IMG/VR virus record: IMGVR_UViG_3300036796_000058
Span: 1-49,290 of that record
DNA from: a virus
Lineage: Duplodnaviria > Caudoviricetes
Length of the DNA: 49,290 bases
Strand: one strand, 5' to 3'
Numbering within the stretch: the stretch's first letter is position 1; each line of letters opens with the position of its first letter. The notes beneath the pieces are model-generated. The model searched no databases. It was given only the letters and a program-made list of their open reading frames with translations, and had not been told where the DNA came from. The position numbers and the translations under genes are program-made. Shown in pieces: positions 27,488-35,830 of the stretch.

Positions 27488-28348
27488 ATGAAAAAACCGT
27501 GGTTAGCCTCTGCCAATTCCAGTGTCACCGAGTGGATCAATGATTACATTAAAATTATCAACAGCAGAAAGTACGCTCTAAAAACATGGAGCAACAAAAC
27601 AGCAATGTTAAAACAACTGAGTGCTGCAATCGGAGACCGGGAAATTATAGAAATCACACCCCGCGACCTTGATTCATTCATTCAATCATATGCTTCGCGG
27701 GATAAGTTGAGTGCAGCAAAACAGGCTTTTGTGTTAGTCCGTGATGTATTCCGTGAAGCGTGGATGGCCGGTCTGGTTCAGTACAGCCCGGCAATTCCGC
27801 TCAAGCCGCCGCGCAACAAAGTAAAACGCTCACGGCTAGTGCTGTCTGAGTGGCAGCGAATTTATAAAACATCAAAAACCGAATGTCAGCCGTACATGCA
27901 ACATGCCCTCGCCCTTGCAATAACGACCAGTCAGCGCAGGGGCGATATTTCAAAAATGCGGCGAAAAGACATCTGGGATGATCATTTACATATTGAACAA
28001 GAAAAAACCGGCTTCAAGCTCGCTCTTCCTCTAGCACTTTATTGCCCGGCTCTCGGTATGACGCTGGCCGAAGTTATTGAGCGCTGCCCCGGAAAAGATT
28101 ACTTACTTGCAAATAAGCGAATCATGCCCTGGTCGATAACAACAGGCTTTAAAAAAGTCAGAGATAAGGCTTTTTCTGGCGGGAGATGGAAACACCCGCC
28201 AACATTCAACGAGCAACGCTCACTTGCAGAACGAATCTACAGAGAGGCTAAGGTTGACACGCAACGCTTGCTCGGACACAAGTCACGGTATATGACAGAT
28301 CAGTACAACGATAACCGAGGGCGTGAGTGGAACCGATTGATACTGTAA
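27488..28348 (+). CDS. Lambda-Int-like tyrosine recombinase lacking the arm-binding domain
   Basis: Core-binding domain plus TSQRRGD, EQEKTG, PTFNEQRSL (His replaced by Asn), LLGH, MTDQY. Confidence 0.85.
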   Translation: MKKPWLASANSSVTEWINDYIKIINSRKYALKTWSNKTAMLKQLSAAIGDREIIEITPRDLDSFIQSYASRDKLSAAKQAFVLVRDVFREAWMAGLVQYSPAIPLKPPRNKVKRSRLVLSEWQRIYKTSKTECQPYMQHALALAITTSQRRGDISKMRRKDIWDDHLHIEQEKTGFKLALPLALYCPALGMTLAEVIERCPGKDYLLANKRIMPWSITTGFKKVRDKAFSGGRWKHPPTFNEQRSLAERIYREAKVDTQRLLGHKSRYMTDQYNDNRGREWNRLIL

Positions 28349-28376
28349 ACTCCCGCAAAAAGCGGAGAGTTTGTTC

Positions 28377-28628
28377 ATGCAGTATAAAATTTATGTCATA
28401 AAGCAACGCAAAGGCGGCAGCGAAAGAGTACAGGGAAGCGAAACGACAACATATTATCCAGACGTTGCTAGAGCAGCGTTCTGGGCTGCCTATAATGATC
28501 CTCGTTTCACAACCTCAGATTTTTTGCTGCTGCTAACATCTGAGCATAAACAAATCTGCGCGTATCGCTTCACCAGCAAACCGGGCGATCGCGACTATAT
28601 CGAATCAGGCCAGGAAATAATCTTATGA
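28377..28628 (+). CDS. Hypothetical protein
   Basis: 83 aa; GGAGAG RBS in the 3' arm of a hairpin (about 28347-28372); ATGA overlap with next gene. Confidence 0.7.
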   Translation: MQYKIYVIKQRKGGSERVQGSETTTYYPDVARAAFWAAYNDPRFTTSDFLLLLTSEHKQICAYRFTSKPGDRDYIESGQEIIL

Positions 28629-28825
28629 ATAAATTAACACCAGCTCAACTACGAGCGAACGCGAACTATCGCCAGAGAAAAACAGGCGCGAGGCTACCAG
28701 GCGTTATTCTTAATAACGAGGAATCAGCTTTGCTTGATGAAATGGCCGAAAAATTCGGATCTAAGAAAGCCGCCATATTTGAAGGGCTTAAGCTATTGAA
28801 ATCCAATTCAGACAAAGAGATTTAA
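28625..28825 (+). CDS. Small basic DNA-binding protein (ribbon-helix-helix-like), candidate operon autorepressor
   Basis: TPAQLRANANYRQRK...LNNEESALLDEMAEKFGSKKAAIFEGLKLL pattern. Confidence 0.6.
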   Translation: MNKLTPAQLRANANYRQRKTGARLPGVILNNEESALLDEMAEKFGSKKAAIFEGLKLLKSNSDKEI

Positions 28826-28861
28826 CAGTATCGTAGGCACTCGTAAGTGCCTGCTTTAATG
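28826..28861 (-). repeat. 36-nt hairpin element, copy A
   Basis: Plus strand CAGTATCG-TAGGCAC-TCGTAA-GTGCCTG-CTTTAATG, immediately after the Rz stop. Confidence 0.7.
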
Positions 28862-28862
28862 C

Positions 28863-29390
28863 TTATCGATGCGTTACTTTATCGTAAGTTCTTTCGCAGC
28901 TGCTGCCGGCGACATAACGCTCATCAGCCTCTTTTGCGAATTTTCCCGCCAGGTCGTCAACCTCTCCGAGCAGTTGGGCGAGCAGTATTCCGGTCTGGGC
29001 TTTTGCCGCGCCTGCTGCTGCAACGGCGGAAATGCGGCCGGTTTCACTTCCTGCGAGCTGCCGTTGTAGGTCGGTGAGTTGGCGCTGCAGCCCATCACCA
29101 GCACGCTGAGCAGCGTCAGCATCAGCCTGTACTTTTGCCACTTCCTCATTCGCACGTTCCAGCTCCTCATCTGCTGCCTGCTGGCGTCGCCGTTCTTCGG
29201 CTCGTTCGGCAACCTCTCGATGCAAGGTTGCGGTTGAGTCGGCTAGATCCCGCTGTAACCATTGCCGCTTCCAAGCAGAATCTGCCGATTCATATCCCGC
29301 GCCGAAGACTCGCCATAACAAAAAAGCCACCAGCAATGTGATCGCCAGTGGCCTCCAGTATTTCCCCAACAACGCGAGTAGCGCGGTCAT
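28863..29390 (-). CDS. i-spanin (Rz-like, DUF2514-type)
   Basis: N-terminal TM helix, coiled coil, C-terminal CERTYD; follows endolysin. Confidence 0.85.
   Translation of the reverse strand: MTALLALLGKYWRPLAITLLVAFLLWRVFGAGYESADSAWKRQWLQRDLADSTATLHREVAERAEERRRQQAADEELERANEEVAKVQADADAAQRAGDGLQRQLTDLQRQLAGSETGRISAVAAAGAAKAQTGILLAQLLGEVDDLAGKFAKEADERYVAGSSCERTYDKVTHR
28874..29149 (-). CDS. o-spanin (Rz1-like lipoprotein) embedded in Rz
   Basis: MRKWQKYRLMLTLLSVLVMG-C lipobox, Pro-rich body, alternate frame inside Rz. Confidence 0.8.
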   Translation of the reverse strand: MRKWQKYRLMLTLLSVLVMGCSANSPTYNGSSQEVKPAAFPPLQQQARQKPRPEYCSPNCSERLTTWRENSQKRLMSVMSPAAAAKELTIK

Positions 29391-29998
29391 AGCAGCACCG
29401 TTTTCGCCTTGTCGTAGCGCGCCTGTCGATCATCAAGCCCGTTAGTTCCGCCGTTGATGATTTTTGTTACTGCCGTAATATCACCGCTGCGTTTCAAACA
29501 GCCTTTTGCGCTGTAGAACCATGCCGCCGAACGAACTGCATATTCATCCTGCTCCAGCAACTGAGGAATCAACAGCAAATCGGCACCCAGCCCAGCGCCG
29601 CAATCCCGATAATTATCGTGCCCGGTGATCTGAATTAAACCGCGCCCCCGGTAATTCCAGCCGTCGTTTTCTTCAACGTTACCCATCCTGTGTGCGTACA
29701 CAATATTTGCGATGGCCTGCTGATTTGCCGGGTGCTCTGCTGTTCGTCCATACTGCTGTGCAGTTTCGGTAGTGAAATATTTCCCGAATGTGGCTTTCAG
29801 CCCATCAGCCGAATAATTCAGGTTTTCCACAATACGGGTGAATCCGCCTGATTCATGCCCAACCTGAGCGATAAACATTGCCTGATCGTCAGCGGAGGTA
29901 ATGCCAAACTCAGCCATTGCCGTATCAATTGGCTGAAACCAACGCGCGGCTAATTCGGCGCTGATATTAGCAGCCTTTTGAAACTGTGATTTATTCAT
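29387..29998 (-). CDS. Endolysin, glycoside hydrolase family 19
   Basis: FIAQVGHESGG, YRGRGLIQITG, INGGTNGLDDR. Confidence 0.92.
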   Translation of the reverse strand: MNKSQFQKAANISAELAARWFQPIDTAMAEFGITSADDQAMFIAQVGHESGGFTRIVENLNYSADGLKATFGKYFTTETAQQYGRTAEHPANQQAIANIVYAHRMGNVEENDGWNYRGRGLIQITGHDNYRDCGAGLGADLLLIPQLLEQDEYAVRSAAWFYSAKGCLKRSGDITAVTKIINGGTNGLDDRQARYDKAKTVLL

Positions 29999-30001
29999 TC
30001 G

Positions 30002-30298
30002 TTATTCGACCTTATTTGGATTGCTATACCTGAAGATTTTCATGACATTGCCACCGGACAAAACAACGACGGCAGCAAAAGCCACAAAAACTACGGTGTC
30101 TGGCAAGCCCACAGTTCGGTAGTGCCCGGTCATAATCAGGATTGCGATCGTTCCCGAAGAAACGATCAGGATGAGAGATATCAAACGGGCAAGAGGGTGA
30201 TAATGCAAACCACGACGCTGAAATGTACCCAGCGTAATCGCGATGGTTAAGCAGCTAAGAATGTAGAGCATCAATAGCACTTCATTTAGGGTTACCAT
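30002..30298 (-). CDS. Holin-family membrane protein
   Basis: Three hydrophobic segments, GGNV C-terminal motif, just upstream of endolysin. Confidence 0.7.
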   Translation of the reverse strand: MVTLNEVLLMLYILSCLTIAITLGTFQRRGLHYHPLARLISLILIVSSGTIAILIMTGHYRTVGLPDTVVFVAFAAVVVLSGGNVMKIFRYSNPNKVE

Positions 30299-30701
30299 TG
30301 CCCCCTCCAGAGAATATCCGGCCTACTGCAGATGCGAGCGTTGAAAAGTTCAGCTTTCGAATATTTATCAACACGTAAACACCAATCGAGGCCGCGACCG
30401 TCGCACCAATCGATTTACTGACGACGACACCTGGTGGGAGCTGAATGTATTTGTCGACCACAAACGCAATGATTCCCGTAGTCATATCAGCAGCCAGGAC
30501 GCCGATAAAAAAAGACGCTATGAAGAAACCAACCTGAACCCAACGACTCAACTCATTTGCAGAGAGGACATAAACCACTGCCCCTGCAAATGCACCTATA
30601 AATACCCCTGCGTCTGTGCCCTGTAGCAGACTGGCGAAAGTTACGCCGGTGATACCGACCGTAGCGACTCCCGCGCCTGATAACGTGATGGGTTCGCCCA
30701 C
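30282..30701 (-). CDS. Holin/antiholin-family membrane protein
   Basis: GAFAGAVVYV TM motif; first gene after pR'; GTG start with GGAGG RBS. Confidence 0.7.
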   Translation of the reverse strand: MGEPITLSGAGVATVGITGVTFASLLQGTDAGVFIGAFAGAVVYVLSANELSRWVQVGFFIASFFIGVLAADMTTGIIAFVVDKYIQLPPGVVVSKSIGATVAASIGVYVLINIRKLNFSTLASAVGRIFSGGGNGNPK

Positions 30702-30781
30702 TTCCGCCTCCCGATATAAAAAAGCCCCGGTGTAAACCAGGGCGAGAATTTAGCAGAAAATTACCTGCGATTCAGAAACGC

Positions 30782-30803
30782 AAAAACCCGCACAAGGCGG
30801 GTT
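30782..30803 (-). terminator. tR'-like terminator downstream of the late promoter (second hairpin near 30718-30744)
   Basis: AACCCGC/GCGGGTT stem with a T-run on the minus strand. Confidence 0.7.
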
Positions 30804-30838
30804 AATTACAATTTCGACAACGTATCAAATTGGCCTTA

Positions 30839-30867
30839 AATATGGCTTATTTTGTTCGGTTTTGCAA
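30839..30867 (-). promoter_or_regulatory. Late promoter pR' (TTGCAA-N17-CATATT)
   Basis: Directly after the Q stop, followed by terminators and lysis genes. Confidence 0.65.
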
Positions 30868-30870
30868 TAC

Positions 30871-31557
30871 TCAGGCGCTAACTTCGTCAAAAACATGATC
30901 CTGTTTACGAATTAGCACCTCCTGTAAAGCCTGCTTATCGAAATCAACAATTACCTGTTTCAGGCTCTGCCAGTGCTCAGCATAAACTTCACACCACGTC
31001 GAACGCGCTACATTCATCATATTCGCCAGTGCGGCGCCTGCGTATTCCTGATAAGTCGTGTTGCTATTTTTCGCAGCCACGTCCTGCACCGCAATCCAGA
31101 TTAACGAGATGAGGCGCTTCTTCGTTTTCTTCATTAACCCAGCAGGTAAGCGTGTTTGGTACTGATTCCAAATGGCTTCACAGATTTGTACCTGCAAAGC
31201 GTATTTTAAATTAAATCCGTAGCAATACTGCAACCATGCCTGCTGATGTTCAGGCAGCATGTTCACGGCGCGCCGCCATGGCGCAGCAGCGAATTCATAA
31301 TCGTTTATCGGCGGCAACGGCCTGCGGCGGCTTCTTGTTTCCATAACGTACAGTGCAGAGTTTTGCGCTTTCACGGAGCGGGTACCGCCCCGCCCGTCGT
31401 CCAGTTCGATCATGTGAACCTGTTTACGAGGACAGTGCTCTTTGTCTACCGGCGGGTTCTCACTGAACGCCTGCAACTGCCCTTTTGTTTTACCTGAGGT
31501 ATCCAGCAGTGCGCGGGTTAATTCGATACGTACGTATTCGAGCTGTTGAACGTTCAT
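30871..31557 (-). CDS. Late antiterminator Q (phage 82-type)
   Basis: QLEYVRIEL, ETRSRRRPLPPI, WLQYCYG; position before pR' and lysis. Confidence 0.85.
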   Translation of the reverse strand: MNVQQLEYVRIELTRALLDTSGKTKGQLQAFSENPPVDKEHCPRKQVHMIELDDGRGGTRSVKAQNSALYVMETRSRRRPLPPINDYEFAAAPWRRAVNMLPEHQQAWLQYCYGFNLKYALQVQICEAIWNQYQTRLPAGLMKKTKKRLISLIWIAVQDVAAKNSNTTYQEYAGAALANMMNVARSTWCEVYAEHWQSLKQVIVDFDKQALQEVLIRKQDHVFDEVSA

Positions 31558-31850
31558 CAAATAAATCCCTCGTTTTTCCAGATTTCGATTGTTCTCAGTA
31601 CGCCCTCAGCGTGCATTAAGCGCAGCTCATCTCGCGTAAACTCAGTTTTAATTCTTCCGTCCACTGCGTCATGACAGAAATTGCAGCCGATCGCAGCTTG
31701 CAAATCGTCCGGCTTACATCCGGTCCCGCAGTTCCCGGGCATTCTGTAGTGAGTCAGTACACTTGTTTCGGGGTTGAACGAGCACACGCCTGGAACACGA
31801 ATCGTACATTCACGCCCGCGAGCCTGTTTTCGGAGATCGATTTTTTTCAT
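31557..31850 (-). CDS. DUF1364 (YbcO-like) Cys-rich protein
   Basis: LRKQARGRECTIRVPGVC...CHDAVDGR. Confidence 0.85.
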   Translation of the reverse strand: MKKIDLRKQARGRECTIRVPGVCSFNPETSVLTHYRMPGNCGTGCKPDDLQAAIGCNFCHDAVDGRIKTEFTRDELRLMHAEGVLRTIEIWKNEGFI

Positions 31851-33190
31851 CGGATGGCTTCCGCAATTCGTTCACCAATCCAGCGCATCACCGGCACAGC
31901 CATGCTATTGCCGATCGCTTTATAGCGCGGACCGTCCGGGCAGGCTGCCGCTTCTTTCCCACGCCAGGGGATCATCGTATGAAAATCAGGAAATCCCTGA
32001 AGGCGCTCGCATTCGATCGGTGTAAGACGGCGAACATGCAGATCAGGTGTCATTGCGGCGGCTGGTTGACCTCCACCACTCGATGACGGAAGTTTCAGCG
32101 TGAATGCCAATTCTATGCTGGCTTTTGGTGTTACATCAGTTTGCAACGCTATTGCTGGGACCAGATTAGAACCGCTATTGGCAGCCGTCAGTGTAGGGGT
32201 CTGCTCTTCAGCCCAGCCAATGCCACCGGCTTTACTGCCCTGACCGGGTTTAAATCCATAGCACACGGCGTTTTCCTGACCATGATTACGCCCCAGCGTG
32301 TGAGCCAGTTCATGGTTGGTGTCAGGATCCTGCGTGCCGTGCACCGCGAAAGTCTCAGTATCAAAATCCAATCTGATTCCATGCGCGGTGCAGGCGGTCG
32401 CCACATCAATATGACCGGTAGTGTTACCGCCACCAAAAGCAATCAGGTGTCCAGCTTGTGCCTGATTGTCGTCTGCGCCACACGTTCCAACGCCTCGTGC
32501 AGTAAGGGCGGCAACAGCCTTTTGCGTTTCTCGGCGCGGCGCAGAATCCCGGCGCACGCTGTGGAACTCAAAAAGTACCGCTGCGGGATCGAATCCTTTT
32601 CGAGCACTTGCGACAACGAACACACGGCGGCGGCGTTGGGCCACTCCGAAAAATTGAGCGTCAAGGACACGCCAGGCGATAGCCCTTTCGGGTCCAAGCA
32701 CATAACCAGCGTTCGTCCATTTTCCCCCTGATGGCTGTAGTTCGCTGCTTTCCCCGGCAAGACCGGCCAGGAAGCATCCAAATGCGTTATCTTTGCTGCT
32801 GAGGACGCCCGGAACGTTTTCCCAGACGAAGATTGCTTCTTTTTCACCGCGTTCGCGGCGTTTGTCGTCGATTTCATTAGCTAATTCCACGTAAGCGAGT
32901 GTTAGTTGTCCGCGCTTATCAGCCAGGCCATTGCGCAGGCCCGCTACGCTAAACGCCTGGCACGGCGTTCCACCGACTAAAATTTCAGGCGCCACAACAC
33001 CGATTCGGACAAGTCCGGCAATTGTTGTCATATCTCCAATGTTTGGTACCTCGGGCCATCGGGCATCAAGAACTGCGCACGGGAAAGGCTCTATTTCAGA
33101 GAACCAGGCTGGGCGAAACCCTAGCGGCTCCCAGGCAATTGATGCCGCTTCAATGCCGCTGCAAACTGATCCATAGGTGATAGTTCTCAT
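31847..33190 (-). CDS. DNA cytosine-C5 methyltransferase
   Basis: SVCSGIEA, GGTPCQAFS, WENVPG, QRRRRVF, ERLQGFP, GNSMAV motifs. Confidence 0.92.
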   Translation of the reverse strand: MRTITYGSVCSGIEAASIAWEPLGFRPAWFSEIEPFPCAVLDARWPEVPNIGDMTTIAGLVRIGVVAPEILVGGTPCQAFSVAGLRNGLADKRGQLTLAYVELANEIDDKRRERGEKEAIFVWENVPGVLSSKDNAFGCFLAGLAGESSELQPSGGKWTNAGYVLGPERAIAWRVLDAQFFGVAQRRRRVFVVASARKGFDPAAVLFEFHSVRRDSAPRRETQKAVAALTARGVGTCGADDNQAQAGHLIAFGGGNTTGHIDVATACTAHGIRLDFDTETFAVHGTQDPDTNHELAHTLGRNHGQENAVCYGFKPGQGSKAGGIGWAEEQTPTLTAANSGSNLVPAIALQTDVTPKASIELAFTLKLPSSSGGGQPAAAMTPDLHVRRLTPIECERLQGFPDFHTMIPWRGKEAAACPDGPRYKAIGNSMAVPVMRWIGERIAEAIR

Positions 33191-33780
33191 GCTGCCAGCT
33201 CCAGCAGCTGCATAGCTACGCTTTCGGCTTCGTGTTGCGATGGGAATGTGCGGAAAAGAATGTGATTCCAAAGGACGTTGAATACAGCTTTATAGACTTC
33301 GTGGAATTCCTGCTCGCTCATACTTGCGAAGCTGATAGAACGGGCCTCGCGGCGCTTAGTGTTATCCGGCAGCACAAATTCATCGTAAAAACCGGCTTCG
33401 ATAGTTGCCCACTTACGGAAAGCCTCGAACGATTTAACGATAGCGTGACCGTTTGCCCGACGCTGCGCTACGCGGTTTGTGAAAGCCTGTTCTGTTTCCA
33501 GTAGTGTTTCGTCGTTACCGACGATAGAAATCAAATAACGGATATAGCCGTTTAAATACTGTTTCTCCGCTGGGGTGACCGTGCCGCCCGTCGGTGTCCA
33601 ATACTCAAAGCCAAGATTGAGGAGCGCAAAGAAGCGCTTGAGATAGAGATAGTTCCTGGCCTGCGTTACATTGCAGTTGAGCCAGATACCTATTTTGATA
33701 CGTTGCAAAAATTCGCTGGCCTCGGCGTTCGCCGGGGTCAGTGTCATTTGTGCGGTTTTGATCAGATGAATCTGTGCCAT
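33187..33780 (-). CDS. DUF1367 family protein (Gifsy IrsA-like)
   Basis: RFFALLNLGFEYW, SFEAFRKW, RSISFASM. Confidence 0.85.
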   Translation of the reverse strand: MAQIHLIKTAQMTLTPANAEASEFLQRIKIGIWLNCNVTQARNYLYLKRFFALLNLGFEYWTPTGGTVTPAEKQYLNGYIRYLISIVGNDETLLETEQAFTNRVAQRRANGHAIVKSFEAFRKWATIEAGFYDEFVLPDNTKRREARSISFASMSEQEFHEVYKAVFNVLWNHILFRTFPSQHEAESVAMQLLELAA

Positions 33781-33846
33781 CGGTTTCTCCCGTGGCACAG
33801 TGTTACTCAGCAGGTTGTTCAGGCCTGTGGCGTAATTATACTGATA

Positions 33847-34029
33847 TTAATCTTCTTCAGATACCTTGATGCCAGCTTTTTTTTGTGCCTCTCCCAGAAC
33901 ACGCAATGACATTACGGCCTCGTCTTTGCGTAATGCAAATCCCCGTTCAGCTTTGCCCTTAACAAAATAAATTAGCACCGGGCCAGTAAGCGCCGACAGT
34001 CCAGGGATAAGATCATCTGGAATATGCAT
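33847..34029 (-). CDS. 60-aa protein in the Gifsy antirepressor position
   Basis: AAGGGG RBS; lies between dinI-like and DUF1367 genes under a LexA box. Confidence 0.55.
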   Translation of the reverse strand: MHIPDDLIPGLSALTGPVLIYFVKGKAERGFALRKDEAVMSLRVLGEAQKKAGIKVSEED

Positions 34030-34117
34030 AAGATGCCCCTTACGGTGGTCCTACTCCCTGCGGGAATAGTGTGATTTAAACGACTGGCAGCTGCACCCGC
34101 CAACAACGGACTACGGC

Positions 34118-34351
34118 TTAATAAAACCAGTCATCTGCACTTTCCCATGTTTCCTGCAAGATCTCTTCAATACGCTCCTTGTCTCCTTCCGCGCCACCAA
34201 GAACGCTTAAGCCGTCAGCCCCCGCCCGGCGCACCGTTAGTTTGCAGTCAGCATAGCTTTGGATAAATCGCTTGAAGAGTTCTTTTTCGAGAGCTGGCAC
34301 TGCGCCATCGGGCAGCTTTTTTTTACGATCGATAGTGACTTCAATTTTCAT
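34118..34351 (-). CDS. DinI-family protein
   Basis: MKIEVTIDR...LPDGAVPALEKEL...ILQETWESADDWF. Confidence 0.9.
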   Translation of the reverse strand: MKIEVTIDRKKKLPDGAVPALEKELFKRFIQSYADCKLTVRRAGADGLSVLGGAEGDKERIEEILQETWESADDWFY

Positions 34352-34371
34352 AATTCCCTCCGGAACAGACA

Positions 34372-34387
34372 CTGTACAAATAAACAG
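34372..34387. promoter_or_regulatory. LexA (SOS) box CTGTACAAATAAACAG
   Basis: CTG-N10-CAG upstream of the dinI-like gene. Confidence 0.85.
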
Positions 34388-34542
34388 TATACCCATAATC
34401 GGAAATGATCAATCCTTTCAGAGCACTTTTTGCGAAGGCTAGACTGTTGTTTCTTCGATTGTTTTTTTATTGCTGGTTTAAAACCCCATTTATACCGGGC
34501 TATTGCTGAGAGTCATTTACACCTGCAACATGCCTCTAATTT

Positions 34543-35145
34543 CTATCCAACATTTGTGTAAATATCGGTGACGCGCGCCGGACTCAGTGCCACAGCTGGC
34601 GAGTCGCATTGATTGCCCCAAACATCAAAACCGTGGGATGACTGCCGGGCAAACAGCTCAATGCGCGAGACGTCGCCGAGCAGACGCACCAGTTTTTCGC
34701 GTACACAATCCGGCTTACGTGAATGCTCAAGCCGAGGTGCGGTGAAGTGCTGGACGATGGATGCGTCCTGCCGTGGTGGCCTCTTCCCGCGAACAGCAAA
34801 AAGACAATCTTCACTGTTTGCCCTCGTCAGATGCCCCATGCCTAACGCCGTTTTTTCCGTCTGTACCGGGTATGTTTTATGCCATGTAAAACCTTTCATC
34901 GTGACCAGACGAAAACCCCATGCATCGACAACCTGCAGCGCCTCCCGCGGCTGCGTCGGCACCCACCACATCGCAAGCAGGCAATTTTCAGCAGCCAGTT
35001 CCCAGACCGGAAGACGACAAATATCTATCGTGCTCATAGTCGGGTATTTGTACCCGGCGCCACGTTTACCCGAGCTGCACTTATCGCGGTATGCCCAGGG
35101 CGGATCGGCGTATATCACGGTGTATTTCTTGTTCGTCTCTGCCAT
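34543..35145 (-). CDS. MT-A70 family adenine methyltransferase
   Basis: IYADPPW, HSRKP, RIELFAR, WGNQ. Confidence 0.92.
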   Translation of the reverse strand: MAETNKKYTVIYADPPWAYRDKCSSGKRGAGYKYPTMSTIDICRLPVWELAAENCLLAMWWVPTQPREALQVVDAWGFRLVTMKGFTWHKTYPVQTEKTALGMGHLTRANSEDCLFAVRGKRPPRQDASIVQHFTAPRLEHSRKPDCVREKLVRLLGDVSRIELFARQSSHGFDVWGNQCDSPAVALSPARVTDIYTNVG

Positions 35146-35146
35146 T

Positions 35147-35830
35147 TTATTTCACAAGCCCTGCAGCTTTGCGCCGTAAATATTCTTCATGCATCACCTG
35201 CGCAGGGGTTGGCCCTGCCGGTGCCGTTGAGGCTGCGATTTGCCGACGAATCGGGGGGATTGAATATCCCGCTACGATGCGTTTCTCCCAGTTGGTAAGC
35301 TTTTTCGCTGCGAGCTTGTCCATCTCGGGCTGAGTCAACCGCCGCTCTACCCCCTCACGACGCATTTCAACGCAGATGTGATACAACACTGGGTGTTTCC
35401 ATGGGAATTGCTCTGACGAGTTGTAGCGCCAGCCTTCGCTTTTCCAGCGCTGGTACTCCGCCGTCACGTCGGCTACCGTCAGCCCAATTTTCCCCCCGCC
35501 GGCTTCGGCAACCAGCGCAACGAACTCTGCAAAATCCGGTGGCCAGGTACTGCCGGCAGCGCAGCGCTCAATGCAGGCATTGCAGACCCGCGTAAGCTGG
35601 TCACTGGTCATTGCCCCAATCTGCTGCTCCCAGATTGCCGATGGTCGATTGCCATTCTTCGCAATCCAGCGGTTGCTGTAGATTTTGGTCATGAGGTCCC
35701 ACAGGCGCCATGCCGGAGTATCCACCGTGCTGCTGCTGCTCTCGTAGGTATTGTTCACGCCCTTCGCGTAGCTGCCGTTCAGCGATGGACTCGCCATTTC
35801 CTGGTATGTTCTGCGCATAACCGCCTCCAC
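35147..35830 (-). CDS. Replication protein P-like (start uncertain, possibly GTG 35725)
   Basis: WPPDFAEF, FPWKHPVLYHIC; follows the initiator gene. Confidence 0.75.
   Translation of the reverse strand: MEAVMRRTYQEMASPSLNGSYAKGVNNTYESSSSTVDTPAWRLWDLMTKIYSNRWIAKNGNRPSAIWEQQIGAMTSDQLTRVCNACIERCAAGSTWPPDFAEFVALVAEAGGGKIGLTVADVTAEYQRWKSEGWRYNSSEQFPWKHPVLYHICVEMRREGVERRLTQPEMDKLAAKKLTNWEKRIVAGYSIPPIRRQIAASTAPAGPTPAQVMHEEYLRRKAAGLVK

Noticed and set aside
27100-28830. Nested satellite or second prophage defined by the extra integrase
   Set aside because: No arm-binding domain, excisionase, primase/replication gene or exact att-like direct repeat seen around it
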